A stretch of 63,550 bases of DNA, the filler included, from Atractiella rhizophila (taxonomy: Eukaryota), in assembly GCA_021432655.1 (NCBI GenBank). It is 3 parts of 3 records of this genome, joined end to end, with 100 filler letters (N's around TTAATTAATTAA, not from the genome) between each part and the next. Parts side by side here need not be neighbours in the genome. Positions count along the whole stretch, not along the records: positions 1 to 29,705 come from MU271716.1; positions 29,806 to 59,480 come from MU271717.1; 1 more part is not named here. One strand, given 5' to 3'. Made by a program: the position numbers and the translations under genes. Position 1 is the stretch's first letter. Each line of letters starts with the position of its first letter. The notes under the pieces were generated by a model. The model made no database searches. It had not been told where the DNA came from and saw only the letters and a program-made list of their open reading frames with translations. This document shows, in pieces, positions 25,904 to 37,464 of the stretch.

Positions 25904-28588
25904 TCATTCTCCTGTTACCGCTTGTTCCTTCTCCCAAGGTGGTTTTGCTACTATCTTCTCTTCTCCCCACATCCCTTCAAAAAACTCCGCCATTAGTTCC
26001 TCTACCTTGATAAACGTTGCATTTTGTCCATTTTTGAGATCATCATTGAGTGTCAACATCTTGTACGGTAAGGGTGGAAGGTTAGAGTCAGGGCTGTTGT
26101 CGGGCAGGAGACGGGCAAGCTCTCGTTCGAGATCCACAGGCGAACGGATAATGTGAAAAAGGAGCGGGCTATTGAAGAGAGAGTAGGAGTAGCGTGCGAG
26201 GAGGTGGAGGAAGAATTTGCGTGTCGACTCTGAAGACGAGGTAGGTGGAAAGGGGAAGGAGGACTCGCTGAATGATTTCGTCATCCCGATTTGCAATGTA
26301 GATGAATCGATTCTCTCTCTTCCTCTTGGTTCCATAGAAGGAAGTGGTAGAAAACTGTCCAGGCCCTTCCTCTCGCCACCTCTTAATAAAGCGACGAGGA
26401 TGCAATCACCGCACTGCTTGTTCCTTTCGAAGACGACTCTTTTGAACACATCCTCTGCCTGTTCATCTTCTTCCCCAAAGCAATCGCGAAGATTGACCTC
26501 GCACACTACTTCGTCTTCTCCAACCAATTCGGGGAAGGGGAAACGCGAAACGATCTTCGACAGCGCGTTTCGCCGCCTGACATCTTTGGGGGCTTGGAGA
26601 TGTAGAAAAGGTTGGAAGAAGGGATAACCCTCAACTGAGGTAAATAGATTGTCTTCTTCGTGTTCTAGGGATGAGATCGAGGGGACACGATTCGAAGGAT
26701 GAAATACCTGTTTAGACGTTAGTATATAACGGGAGAAGAAAGCAACGGACTTGAAGGATGTCTCCTTCCTCCTCTTTGAATGACCCACTAGCCAAAAGTA
26801 GCGAGCGTATTTCCCTTTTCTCTTCCACGTTCAAAAGCCCGTCTCGATTAACATCCGCTTTGGAAAACCAGGCATACAACCTGCCGCCAACATCAGGCCG
26901 GAAGTGACACAGGGAACGTGGGCAAACAGTGATTCTCTATGCTTCTCAATCGTATAATGCGCTGCTAGGAACGTGATAGTGACCTCATTATCAACCCCTC
27001 TGAACCTACTCCGTCCCTATTCCTCGCATCAACCTACTTTCTAGACGAGATAGCGACAAATTCTCACAGTGGCGAGCAATTCATCCTCCCAGATGTTCCT
27101 GATCTCTTGCAAGATGGGAAGCGACAGGACTTTTGCGTTGTGGTGCAAGTACGGTCTTTTCCTCGTTCCGAAGCGGTCGTCTGATCTCAACGGTTAGTAA
27201 CTGTCCGAAGGCTTGCTAAGTGACAAATACCAACTGAGGATGTAATTCGCGTATTTCAATCCTACCCACTCCCCTTCCTTATCCCGCCGTGTCTAATGAT
27301 CCATTAAGCTCGAACAAAGCTACTACTTGAGGGGACGTACCGCCTTTGAAGGATGCTCCCCATCTACCAAGAGGTCTGGCTGAACCCTAAAGACGGGACC
27401 AGAAACGGGGGAGAAGAAGAAAGAGGGCGGGAGGGGAGAAAGGAAGAAGAAATCGTCGTTCATGTATAGGATGGTTTTAGTTGATCTTTCCCTATTCGAA
27501 AGTAGATCGGGGAGGAAGGGGAATTGGGATTCGATAGCCATACTATCCCTCAGATTCAGATTCACTCCTTTACTGAGGAAAGTGCATCAACCTGTTGAAT
27601 GATGGCACAGCATCTTTGAGGGAAGGAGAAAAAAGGTCGGAGTGATGAAAGACTTCCAGCCCGTTCCCATCCTCAAACCAAACAGGGACCTGACCCCATC
27701 TCTCTTCTCCCTCCATTTTGAAGTCAGCGCTGACTACCATCAAATTCCCCCATCCCTTATACAGCGCTAAGGATGGCATCACACTCCTCAAGGAATATTT
27801 CAATTCCCCATGTTCTCTAAAATGGTATTCGGACCCAAACGTGGAAGGCTTTGAGAAGCGCGGTGGTGCTTCCAGGTAGGCTTTGGTAGATTCGTTGGAG
27901 GAGAGGAGGGATTTTCGGAGGGAGAGCAGTAGCGGAGCAGAGCCGTTTATCCAAGTCCCTTGTTCCGTAGGTCAGGTCAGTAGAGGTTCACTTCTGAATA
28001 ACACAGACAGCAAGAAGTACTGATAGTGTGATTTAGGAACGCAACCAAACCTACTCTCTTCAACAGGAGAGATCTACATTACAGTCGCTTCCTGGAATAT
28101 TCAAGGTGGAGAAAACATGTTCATCCAACTGTAGACTATAGCTTCACTTATCAAACTGAGTGAAAACGTGCAAAGAGCCCTAGAGGAAAGACGAAAAGAG
28201 CAACTGAGGAGATCCGCAGGAAAGACTTACAAAGGATATCCAACCTTTCTTCCTGCTTCGGCTCTCTTTTCGCACGTTGACCAGGTTCTAACTCACTACA
28301 CAACTCTCCACGCGCAATCCATCTCTCTGCACACTCGCCCTTCTCCTCTGCCCCAAACCAGAACGAGTCCTCCATTGGCGTCGTTTGCCATTCCGTCCGA
28401 AAGCGTCTCCCGTCCTGTTCCTTAACCACCGGTAGCTTCCTCCATCCTTCAATTTCCTCGTATACGTCCTCGACGGCACTCGGAGCGCGTAAAGGGTGAA
28501 AGTAGAAGAACAGGAAGAGGTTGCAGGAGATGAGGAGGAAGAGGGGTAGGAAGAGGGGACGATAGGCACGGAAATGGAGGCGTAGCAT
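25904..28588 (-). CDS. Stealth-family phosphotransferase (Xpt1-like xylosylphosphotransferase / GlcNAc-1-P transferase-like), type II membrane protein
   Basis: N-terminal TM; CR1 LDILWTWINGS; CR2 ELKYSLRS, SFNSMAIESQ, LYMNDDFF; CR3 YLHHNAK-like; CR4 LTLNDD...PWEK. Confidence 0.85.
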
Positions 28589-29705
28589 TTGTTTGTCTTG
28601 CCTCCTCTCTGGTGGCTTTTTGGTGATTCGATTGCACGATGGATTTAGGAGAGAGATTTAGGGTGGTGGAGGGATGGAGGGCATTGCATATTAATACCTG
28701 CTTCGCAGTCTACCATGCCTACTTCGCAGTCCACTTCGCCTACGTCGCAGCGTATTTATATTTTGTGTTATAATTATCCGCGGGACGCAGTTCAGCTGCA
28801 GCCGCAATGACCTGATTTTAGCTTTTCGCAAGACAGGCCTGAGAATTATTTCTGACTGAGAATTCTTTGTGCCTGTGATAAATTAGGCCACAATTATGAG
28901 ACTGTGAGAGTTGGCTCAGGAATTAACTTCATCAGGCCGGGGTGAGCCTCGCCTGAGCTGATAGCAAATTTCAGTTCTGTTCAGTTGCTACCTTCAGCTA
29001 AGCTGTAGAAGCCTTAGGCGAAAGAAAAAGTCATGGAAAGGGCAAATTAAGATCAGCATCAGCTGCCTTTGTCCGGGTAATTTTTGGTAGACGAAATTGG
29101 AGGGCGGCTCAAAGCATTCTGCCAACCTGTTTGGCTCACGGCCCTCAAGTGCGTCGATCCCTCAATGTGTCTGTAGACCTGTAGGAAGTTAGTGGAAAAG
29201 CACTCTTGGCCCTTACACATTGAAGGATCGATGCGAATAAGCAAACATGGCTTTGTTAGCCCTATTATAGTGCAGCTCGACACTCTACCTTCCAGTCGGA
29301 TATGGGAGCCATTGTTGCACTGTTAGGCCTTCCCAGGTATGTGTAACAAGGTCATGGCTATCTGTAGAGGAAACAAATGGAAAGAGTCGACAAAGAAGTG
29401 ATTAAACCGCTGGAGCATGTGATGTGTGCACAACAACAAAGTCATGAAGCCGACGACGCACAATGGCAGCTAAATTCCCGTGACATTCATTGTGACAGCT
29501 CAGCGCTCCAAAACTCAACAGAACCCCCATTAACCTGTGGAACGCAAGGATGCAACAAGAACTGGAGACCATTGGTTCTCAGGGATTGGAGGCCGACCAG
29601 ATTGAGTCCACGATGTTCCAGGATTCCTGATCTTCAAGGAATCTAGAAGAGCTCTCCTATCCTCGCGCTTGTTGCACCCGAGTCCCCTGTTGGTCAGAAA
29701 CATCA

Positions 29706-29805
29706 NNNNNNNNNNNNNNNNNNNNNNNNNNNNNNNNNNNNNNNNNNNNTTAATTAATTAANNNNNNNNNNNNNNNNNNNNNNNNNNNNNNNNNNNNNNN
29801 NNNNN
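29706..29805. other. Assembly gap with TTAATTAATTAA linker
   Basis: N-run with central stop-in-all-frames spacer at 29750-29761. Confidence 0.97.
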
Positions 29806-29872
29806 TTCGAATCGGCTTCGCATGTCACGTAAATGAATGTGTTCACATGAAAAGGAGACTGCCAAAGCTTAC

Positions 29873-32800
29873 CTCCACGTGAATGACTGAGAATACATGT
29901 CTTCCTGCCGCTCTCAAAAAGCTCCTTACATCTCCACTTCCCAGCTCTCATCCTATTTCCTTCTCCGCCTCCTCCGCCTCCACAGTCTGCTCCTCTTTCT
30001 CATCAAGAGTTATCCATCGACAACAGGAAGATGAAGACGGACCCGAGCACCTCATATACTTCTCAGTGCACCTCAAGCAAACGTATTCAACGTTGAAGAC
30101 GATTGAGCTCTTCCCATCCTTTGGTCCCAAAGTGCCGGCGCCAACCTCCCTCATGCACACGTCGCCTATGACACCAGATTCTCAGTGAATTTGCCCAGAA
30201 GTAAGAAGAGGAGAGGACGATGTGGTGGCATACATCGAATTTCGCCGTGAAGCTCGCCTTCTCCAGGCTTGTTTCTCTTCCGATACTTTCCTGGTGTGGA
30301 ATTATACGCTCTTTTCTCCGCAAATGGCACATCGATCCTCCTGGCCACGATCTGTTCTGGTTGAAGTGGTTTGCCTTCCTTCCAGCTGTCCATATCGATC
30401 TCGTCCATATCCACATCGTCCTCCTCTTCCCTCTCATCGACCATGGAAGGTCTCCCCGCCAAAGTACCACGTCCGCGACAATCGAGACAAGCGAAATGTG
30501 CCTCCCAATCCGTCTTCAACTCGTCCTCAGTGCCGACGAGGGAGATGCGCACGATGGCCTTCCCGCAGGTTGTGCAGTGGATGACATGGTCCTCAGCGGC
30601 CTTTGGCCCTTTCTTGGGCTTCTCTGTAGTTGATTTGGTATTAGTTAGAGGCTTCGCAGAAGACGCGACGGCTCCAGAAGAAGCTACCTTTCGCAGCTTA
30701 TGAGCCTTAGGGGGAGGTTCGGCTGGCGCTTGGGTTGCGGTGACGGTGGTAGGTGGGATGGTTTGAGCGACGGTGGATGGGATTTGGGCGTGGGGCTGGT
30801 ATTGCAGATGCTGCGGGAGAATGTGTCCCATCTGTTGGACCTGCAGTGAACCATAAGCCGAAGGATCTTCGGACTGCAGCTGGTGAACTGGCTGGGGCTG
30901 GCCATAGAGCGTAGTCCTGAAATGTTCAAGATTCCGCTGTGTGGTGGGACTGTCTTCTCCCGTCTCGTTTGCTGTTGGAGGAGGGATATAGCCTCTAAGA
31001 CCACCAATGTTCGGACAGGACCTTGTACGGTGAAGGGATGGCTGAGGGTACTGGCGGCTCGCTTCCTCAAAGGAGGGGGTATGTTCGGGATAGAATGGGC
31101 GGCGCTGTGGCTCGTACGCCTGTTGAACCGGTGGAATCCAGGATTGATACTGCAGCTGGTGTTGTTGCGGCGGAGGGTTGGACGGTGGTGCGTAGGAAAT
31201 TTGATGTTGAGGATGAGATTGGAGAGGGGGATAGTGAGCGTAAGGAGGTTGCATCCGCTGGGAGCGAGATGCCTGAGATTGAACAGGTGGCGGTTGTGCC
31301 TGATGAATGTGGAAAGGTCCAGAAGTCGAAGGAGGAAGCTGCTGATATGCTTGGCCATGGTGACCGCTCTGGGATTGTAAAGGGTATGAAGACTGAGCCC
31401 TTTGCGCGTTCGACTTGGATGTGTGTCTCTGTTGTTCCAGCTGGAAGAATTGATTGGATGGTAAACACGTCGTCGATATCGGAAGGTACGGATGCTGTTG
31501 CTGGAGTGGAAGAGGATACTGAACCGTCGATTTTGAGGGGGACAGTGGGCCTTTTGTCTCGCCGTGGCTTACGGTCTGGGGTTGGGCATGCGCGACCTTA
31601 AATTGATTGTAGTCGGCGCCGACAGGCACATCCGTCCTCGGTCTATAACCGCCTACCGCACCTGGCGCAATGGCTTCTCTTGCTTCTACTCTCCCATCAG
31701 CGGCCGTGTGCTGCTGATAACCCTGTAACGTCTGTTGCTGTTGAGGGAGATACAGCTTCTCGAAATTTTGGGTGTGGCCGCTTAGCGCATCTTGGCGCAA
31801 TTGCCCACTCGCTCCTACTGACATTCCATGAGCGCCGATGGGAGGGGGTTGAGCAGGCGCCAAGTAAGGAGGCGAATAAACGTCCGCTGGAAGTCCGCTG
31901 GCGATAGGATGAGACATGGAATACTGAAACGGCAAGTGCCTGTGGTCCTGCTCCGGCAGAGCTTCGTGCGCCGTGGTTGGGGAGGGAGGCAGAGGCAGAT
32001 TAGCAGGGAGGTAAGGGTTGAAGGAGTATGGGCCACTACCTCCTCCTCCCTGAGGGTGAGAATGACTGAAGATATTGTTTTCTGGAGAAAGGGAGGTCGC
32101 TGACGAAGTTGAAGTTTGAGCCGAAGAGGAGGAGTGCCTTCCACTTGTTGGCAAAGTCTGCATCGAAGCTGAGGCGGTCCAACATGGTTCTGGCAGGTAC
32201 GAGGCAACGGAGGGCGGATTATAGGACGGTTGGGAGTACGACATGTCCTGATACACGGCTGGTTGCTGTTCTCCTTTCTTCGTCAGCGAGAGAACCAATT
32301 GTAAAAATGGATCACTCGCCGTCTGAAAGCTCCGAACTTGCGCTGAAGACCCGATCGTTAGAGAGAAATCGTAGATCTGCTTAGGAGCCGTTACCGGAAG
32401 GTCGATTGGCGCTTGCGTGCCGGAGGCAGGACAGGATTCGTTGGGAAAGATCAGCGTCACCACTACGAAGAAGCATTTGTATCAAGTTTTTATCGTGAGA
32501 AATAGAATGGATGCATGCACCTTGTTCTTCCTCTTCCATGCACTCCGCGCATATTTGCAGCACATCCATCGCTTTTTGAATCGTCCATTCCATATAATCA
32601 AAGTTCCAGATAGTCTATCGGCTAGATTAGGCGCAGGGGCTACCATGGTGGAGGATGTATACCTTTTGGCAGAGTGAACCTATGTCGTTGTCCGAAGCAA
32701 TGGCAACTTTGGCATTAGGACGCAACTGTGGACGTCATGACCTGCGATTCACTTGGTGGAGAAACCACAAACAATCAACATAGCCTCGAGAAGAATGTCC

Positions 32801-34207
32801 AGAGGATCTGGAACCTATCAGAAATCAGTGTGGCCATCGGAGATGAATGAAGAGAAGCATACCGCCTTTTGTATTGACTCATCACAGCAAATCTCATCTA
32901 CGCTCTCATCTGGTTGTCTTTCCGACGGCGAAGGTAATCTCGAGCCACCAGCTCTCAACAGGCGAGGCAGTAGTCTACCCTTGAACATGGTTCTGCTAAT
33001 AAACAATGTTTGATCCCCGGCTCCGCCAACGTTTTGGTCTCCGGGGATGGAGAAGATTCCATGACCTGCGACGTGGTAAGAACAATATTGTCACAGTGAA
33101 ACGTCTAAACGAACGCGGTTTATGTGGGCTAGTTAAGACAGATATCCCTGGCAGAGTGCCATAATCACGACTCACAAGAAACCCCGCTGGTTCAACCCCC
33201 ACGTTAAGACTAAACGTACCACCGGACTGATGAAATACGGCATGAACCCAATCCTGCGATTTGATGACACCATTGATCATACAAAGATTCTTCTGGTTTT
33301 CAAAACGGTATTCGTCACGGAAATCGGCTTCTAGCACCGCCTTGTAGTGCTGTTTGAAGTATCGAACGGCAAGGGGCAGGTGTGTCACACGGAAAGAATG
33401 GGGATCCGAATTTGTGGCCAAAATGGCTGCATGCTGCGATTGGTTGCAGTATTCGAGCTGAAAGCTGGGAATCGCGCCAATAGGGCTATCTACATCTTTC
33501 AGAAGATCGAAGCAAGGGAAACGAGCAACGCACATGGGGCAAGTAGCATCGATGTCCACCATTTTACAACTAAGCCTACCCCTCTGAAGTGGTATCTTGT
33601 GGTACCAAGCCGAACCTCCTGACTTATATGTGAGTGGTTTGTCGTCTGGCCCTAAGAATTCCTCAACGTTCCGCGAAAAGTTGAAAGTGCCGTTATTGCA
33701 GTATCCAAAATCCCCAATGCGCCATTCACCGCCCCAGCCTGCCCGTCTACGGGAAGTAGACGAAGGTGATGCCGCCAAAGGAGGAGCATCGAGGAGCCAA
33801 GGGCTTGAGCGACTACTAGCTAAGTGGCTAGACGAAGATGGTTGAACGGAGGGACTAGTAACAGCAGTTGACAGAGAGGGTGGAAGGCTGACGTCAGCAG
33901 GGGCTGGATAGACACAATGAGGAATTAACGCTTGTGGATCTTCTACAAAGATATAGGGATCTTGCGTGGAAAACGTGTTTGGACGCGTATTTGAGGCACC
34001 AGAAAGATCCGATCTGGGGGTCGAGGACGGAGGATCAGCCCTGCTATTAGATGCCTCGGGGATGGAAATGGATGGATTGTGCACAGAGGTCACGGTTGGA
34101 GGAGCGACGGGATCATCTTGGGCATAGGGATAGTAGATGGGCCAGTGACGCACGGAGTCATACATGAGAGCTTCATAGATGTAATGAGGTTCGTAGCCTG
34201 AGCACAT
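29873..34207 (-). CDS. Large multi-exon protein: predicted gasdermin-like N-terminal domain + Q/P-rich region + multi-Cys zinc-binding domain (3' end lost in gap)
   Basis: Exons 34207-33115, 33065-32863, 32814-32773, 32725-32663, 32614-32521, 32462-30234, 30165-30043, 29986-29873, all joined by 47-68 nt GT-AG introns in one frame (about 1,320 aa). Motifs WPIYYP, WRIGDFGYCNNGTFNFSRN, NLCMINGVIKSQDW, DQTLFI, PDPLDILL, AKVAIASDND; C-terminal CTTC, CLDC, CDVC, CLRC, CSDCGGGGG, GKWRCKELF, RKTCILSH. Confidence 0.7.
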
Positions 34208-34561
34208 GTTGCTGGAACTTCAAGGAAGAATGCAGAGAAATGCTAAGTGCAGAAGATAGGACAGCGAATTTTCTCTCAAGAGTCTCGCGCATGTTAAATG
34301 CAGAAAAGAGGAAAAGCGTCGAGGATGAACGGTTTGGACGAGATGAACAATCTTCCTCATCGCACTGTCAATAAATTGGTGCCCAAGACCGCATTTAATG
34401 GGAACCTTAGTAACTTGAACAAAATTCCGTAATTACTCGATTCATCAAGATGGAGAGAACGAAATCACGTTGACAAGAACGCGAAGGAGGGGCATGGCAT
34501 CATTTAAGGTTCTCATCATGTGACTAAAACCCAACCCTTCAATGACTGCTCTCTATCGTGA

Positions 34562-35355
34562 TCGGGAGACCCAACCTTTGTAGCAGCTTTGGCAAATGCT
34601 CTCCTCACGAGAGCTTGCATATAGTTTCACGACCTGGCGGCCCATTGTGTTCGCTTCACGACTGCTCACGATCGCGTTCGGTTCGCAACTGCCCACCATC
34701 TCCTTCAGTTCGCCACTGCTCGCGATCGTGTTTGCTTCGCGACTGCTCGCTAACATTTTTGCGTGGCAACAGTTTTGCAATCGTGTCGGCTTTGCGACTA
34801 CCTGCTAACGTTTTCGGGCAACAGTTTGCAATAGTGTTCGCTTCGCGAACTCTCAAAGCCCAGCTTCGCAATTACTTACAACTGTGGCCAGCCCTTTGCA
34901 TTCTATCCAACGTATTTTAGACGTAAGTAGCGCTAATGACAGGCCCGAGATGTAGCTTCGACGACATATAATTTGTATTAAGGGTGAGTGAATATTAAAA
35001 AAAGCGGAGGTCAAAATACAGACTTCATATGCATGCAAAAATGCAATTCCATATTGCTTCGCCATTATTCTTTGTATTTTAGATGTGAGTGCGGTGAGTG
35101 GTGGGCCTGAGGGTTAGATATTACTATGTATAAAACATCACAAAATGCGAGGGTAAAAATACACATTTGTAAGCAGTCGCGAAGCAAACACAAATGCGAA
35201 GATTTGCGAGCGAACACGATCGCAAGCAGTCCCGAACTGAAGGAGATCGCGAGCACTCGCGAACTGGACACGATGGCCACCACTCGCGACATGGTTTGCA
35301 AGCTCTCGCGAGGAGAGTGTTTGCCAAAGCTGCTTCGAAGTGTTGGGTCTCGCGA
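34562..35355. mobile_element. Foldback/MITE-like element with about 200-bp imperfect inverted arms built from 27-bp subrepeats
   Basis: Left GAGACCCAAC..GCAGCTTTGGCAAATGCTCTCCTCACGAGAGCTTGCA is the reverse complement of right TGCAAGCTCTCGCGAGGAGAGTGTTTGCCAAAGCTGC..GTTGGGTCTC; AT-rich centre; no TSD found. Confidence 0.6.
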
Positions 35356-37243
35356 GTTTGCAGTCTTGCAAGTCTGCTTTCTCGCGAGTTTGGCCTTGCC
35401 GTCAGGCTGAGATACTTGTGCGGCAGAAATACAAGGATGAAAGTATTCGTGAGGAGTGGAAGGCCGACGCCTTGGAGCATGTGATATCTATCAATGACGC
35501 GGAGAGGAAGCTCAGTCCGAAAGCTGTCGATTAGGTGCTAAAAGAACTAGAGGCATGTTCTGCTGAACTTCCTGTCCAAATACTCTCTCAACTTTCCCAC
35601 AGGAATATGACAGACTTTGAGCTCAAGATGGTATTGAGGTTTTCTGCTTCGATGGAATGTGGCAAAGCGATTCATTGATCCCAAACGACATACGCTCCGC
35701 CTTCATCTCCTCCCTGCGTCCGCTGGAGGATCTTCCAGAATCAGGAAAAGACTGGGACCTGCGCTCGGACCACCAAGTTCTAAACCTCGTTGATCCCTCC
35801 CTCTACCCCATCCTGTACAAGCACACTCGCGCCTATCCGCGATCTATACCTGCCGAAGAAAGGAATTGGTGGAACATCCAAGAGCTGATTTTGCCCTGGT
35901 GTCCAATAGGCGACACGGATAGCAGTTTCCCTTCCTAGAGATGGAAATACTATGTCTCCGATTCCTTTAGCTGGCTCTCGACTCCTTTCTAACTTTCTGA
36001 AGATGGAAAGTCGTGCAAGATAGCAAGCTACATCAATAATCTGGACCCAAAGAAATATCCAGCGGCCTACAAAGCACTTGAAGACATTTTCCCCCGCTTT
36101 GTACCTATGTTTGAAAGGTTGTTGAGGGACTCCAGCCTGGCAGACATAACAAGCAGGCGTGTGCCTGATAGACATCTCGGGCCTTCGTCTGGTGAAGAGG
36201 AAGCGGGGGAAGATGAAATGGACATAGACGAGGAGGAAAAGCAAGAAGAAGACGAAGGAATGATGGAAGAGCAGGAGGGCGACAACGAGCGTGAGGAAAA
36301 GGACGAGGCGCAGGACGACGATGATGGAGCGGAGAAGGAAAAGGAGCAGGACGACGCTAACGGAGAGGAGAAGGAAGAGGAGCAGGACGACCATGACGAG
36401 AGGAGAAGGAGGAAGAAGGAGGTTCTGCACTAGCGTCTTCAATTGAAGCTGGCGAGAGCAATGGCGTCCTCGCCGCCATTGGAGGAATTCACTACTAGAA
36501 TACAGGAGAAGAACGTTTCCGAGCGATGCGAAGAAAGCTGTAACTGTTTCTGACATCGGAAAGTATCCAAAAGAAGGTGTTCACGCTCTGCAGTTCGAGG
36601 AATGGAGAGAAATATCCCTGCGAGGCTTAACGCTTAAAACCTCGTGAACATCCTCCTCACTCCGGAGAAACCGACTTATCCTGGCGGGGACTGGCTCACC
36701 GAGGGTATGATGAACGAGGCGATTGTTGCGATGTGGGCCTATTATTACGACGATGAAAACGTTACCAAGAGCAAGTTGAGCTTCAGACGCGGCGTGGACG
36801 AGGTCCCCTCTTTCCCTTTACTATTTAAAAGCTACTCCTTGCGCTGACGTGTGGGCTGGTCTTAGCCGGATGATTGTGCCGATATGGAGGATGAGGAAAA
36901 CATGGCTGAGTTCGCCTTGAGAAAGTTCGTCTCCCTACTTATCTGTCCTTCGTGCTTGATTAACTTGTGCACAGCGACGGACCGTTGAATCAGCCACTTG
37001 GGGAGGTAATCACTAAAGAGGGGCGATGCATCGCTTTCCCCAACCACATCCAACACTGCGTCTCCTCCTTTTCCCTCCTCGATAAAACCAAACCAGGACA
37101 CCGCAAAATGTTGTTCTTCTATCTCGTAAATCCAGAGTACAATGATGTGCCTGACAGCTCTCTCATCCCGCCTCAACAGTGATAAATGTTACCAGCGCGA
37201 TCGAGGGCTGCAAGGTGCGAGACAAGGTAAAGCATAAAGCTTG

Positions 37244-37448
37244 TGTTAACATTGGGTCTATATGAAGGTAGAGAAATACATTACCTGCAAGGTGCGAGAC
37301 AAGGTAAAGCATAAAGCTTGTGGTCTCGCACTTGCAGGAGATCTTGTTTTATAGCAGAGAAGATGAATAATAAGGAAGAGACTAAGGAAAACCAACAGCG
37401 AGCCAGCGTGCGAAAGGAGGGTGCGTAAATGGTACCGTGTAACCAACA
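37244..37448 (-). repeat. LTR type B (205 bp, TGTT...AACA)
   Basis: Abuts the PPT; core nearly identical to 41588-41743 but termini differ. Confidence 0.88.
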
Positions 37449-37464
37449 AACTCCCCCTCGCATC

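Noticed and set aside
28700..28752. Three CTTCGCAG-like short repeats upstream of the Stealth gene
   Set aside because: Too short and degenerate to assign a function
29750..29761. TTAATTAATTAA palindrome inside N-runs (also 59525-59536)
   Set aside because: Artificial scaffold linker with stops in all frames; not biological
34640..34860. Short repeats that might suggest a CRISPR array
   Set aside because: Degenerate head-to-tail 27-bp units without unique spacers, in a eukaryotic context, mirrored as an inverted arm
35780..36556. 258-aa hydrophobic minus-strand ORF
   Set aside because: Antisense shadow of the acidic insert in the DUF4246 pseudogene
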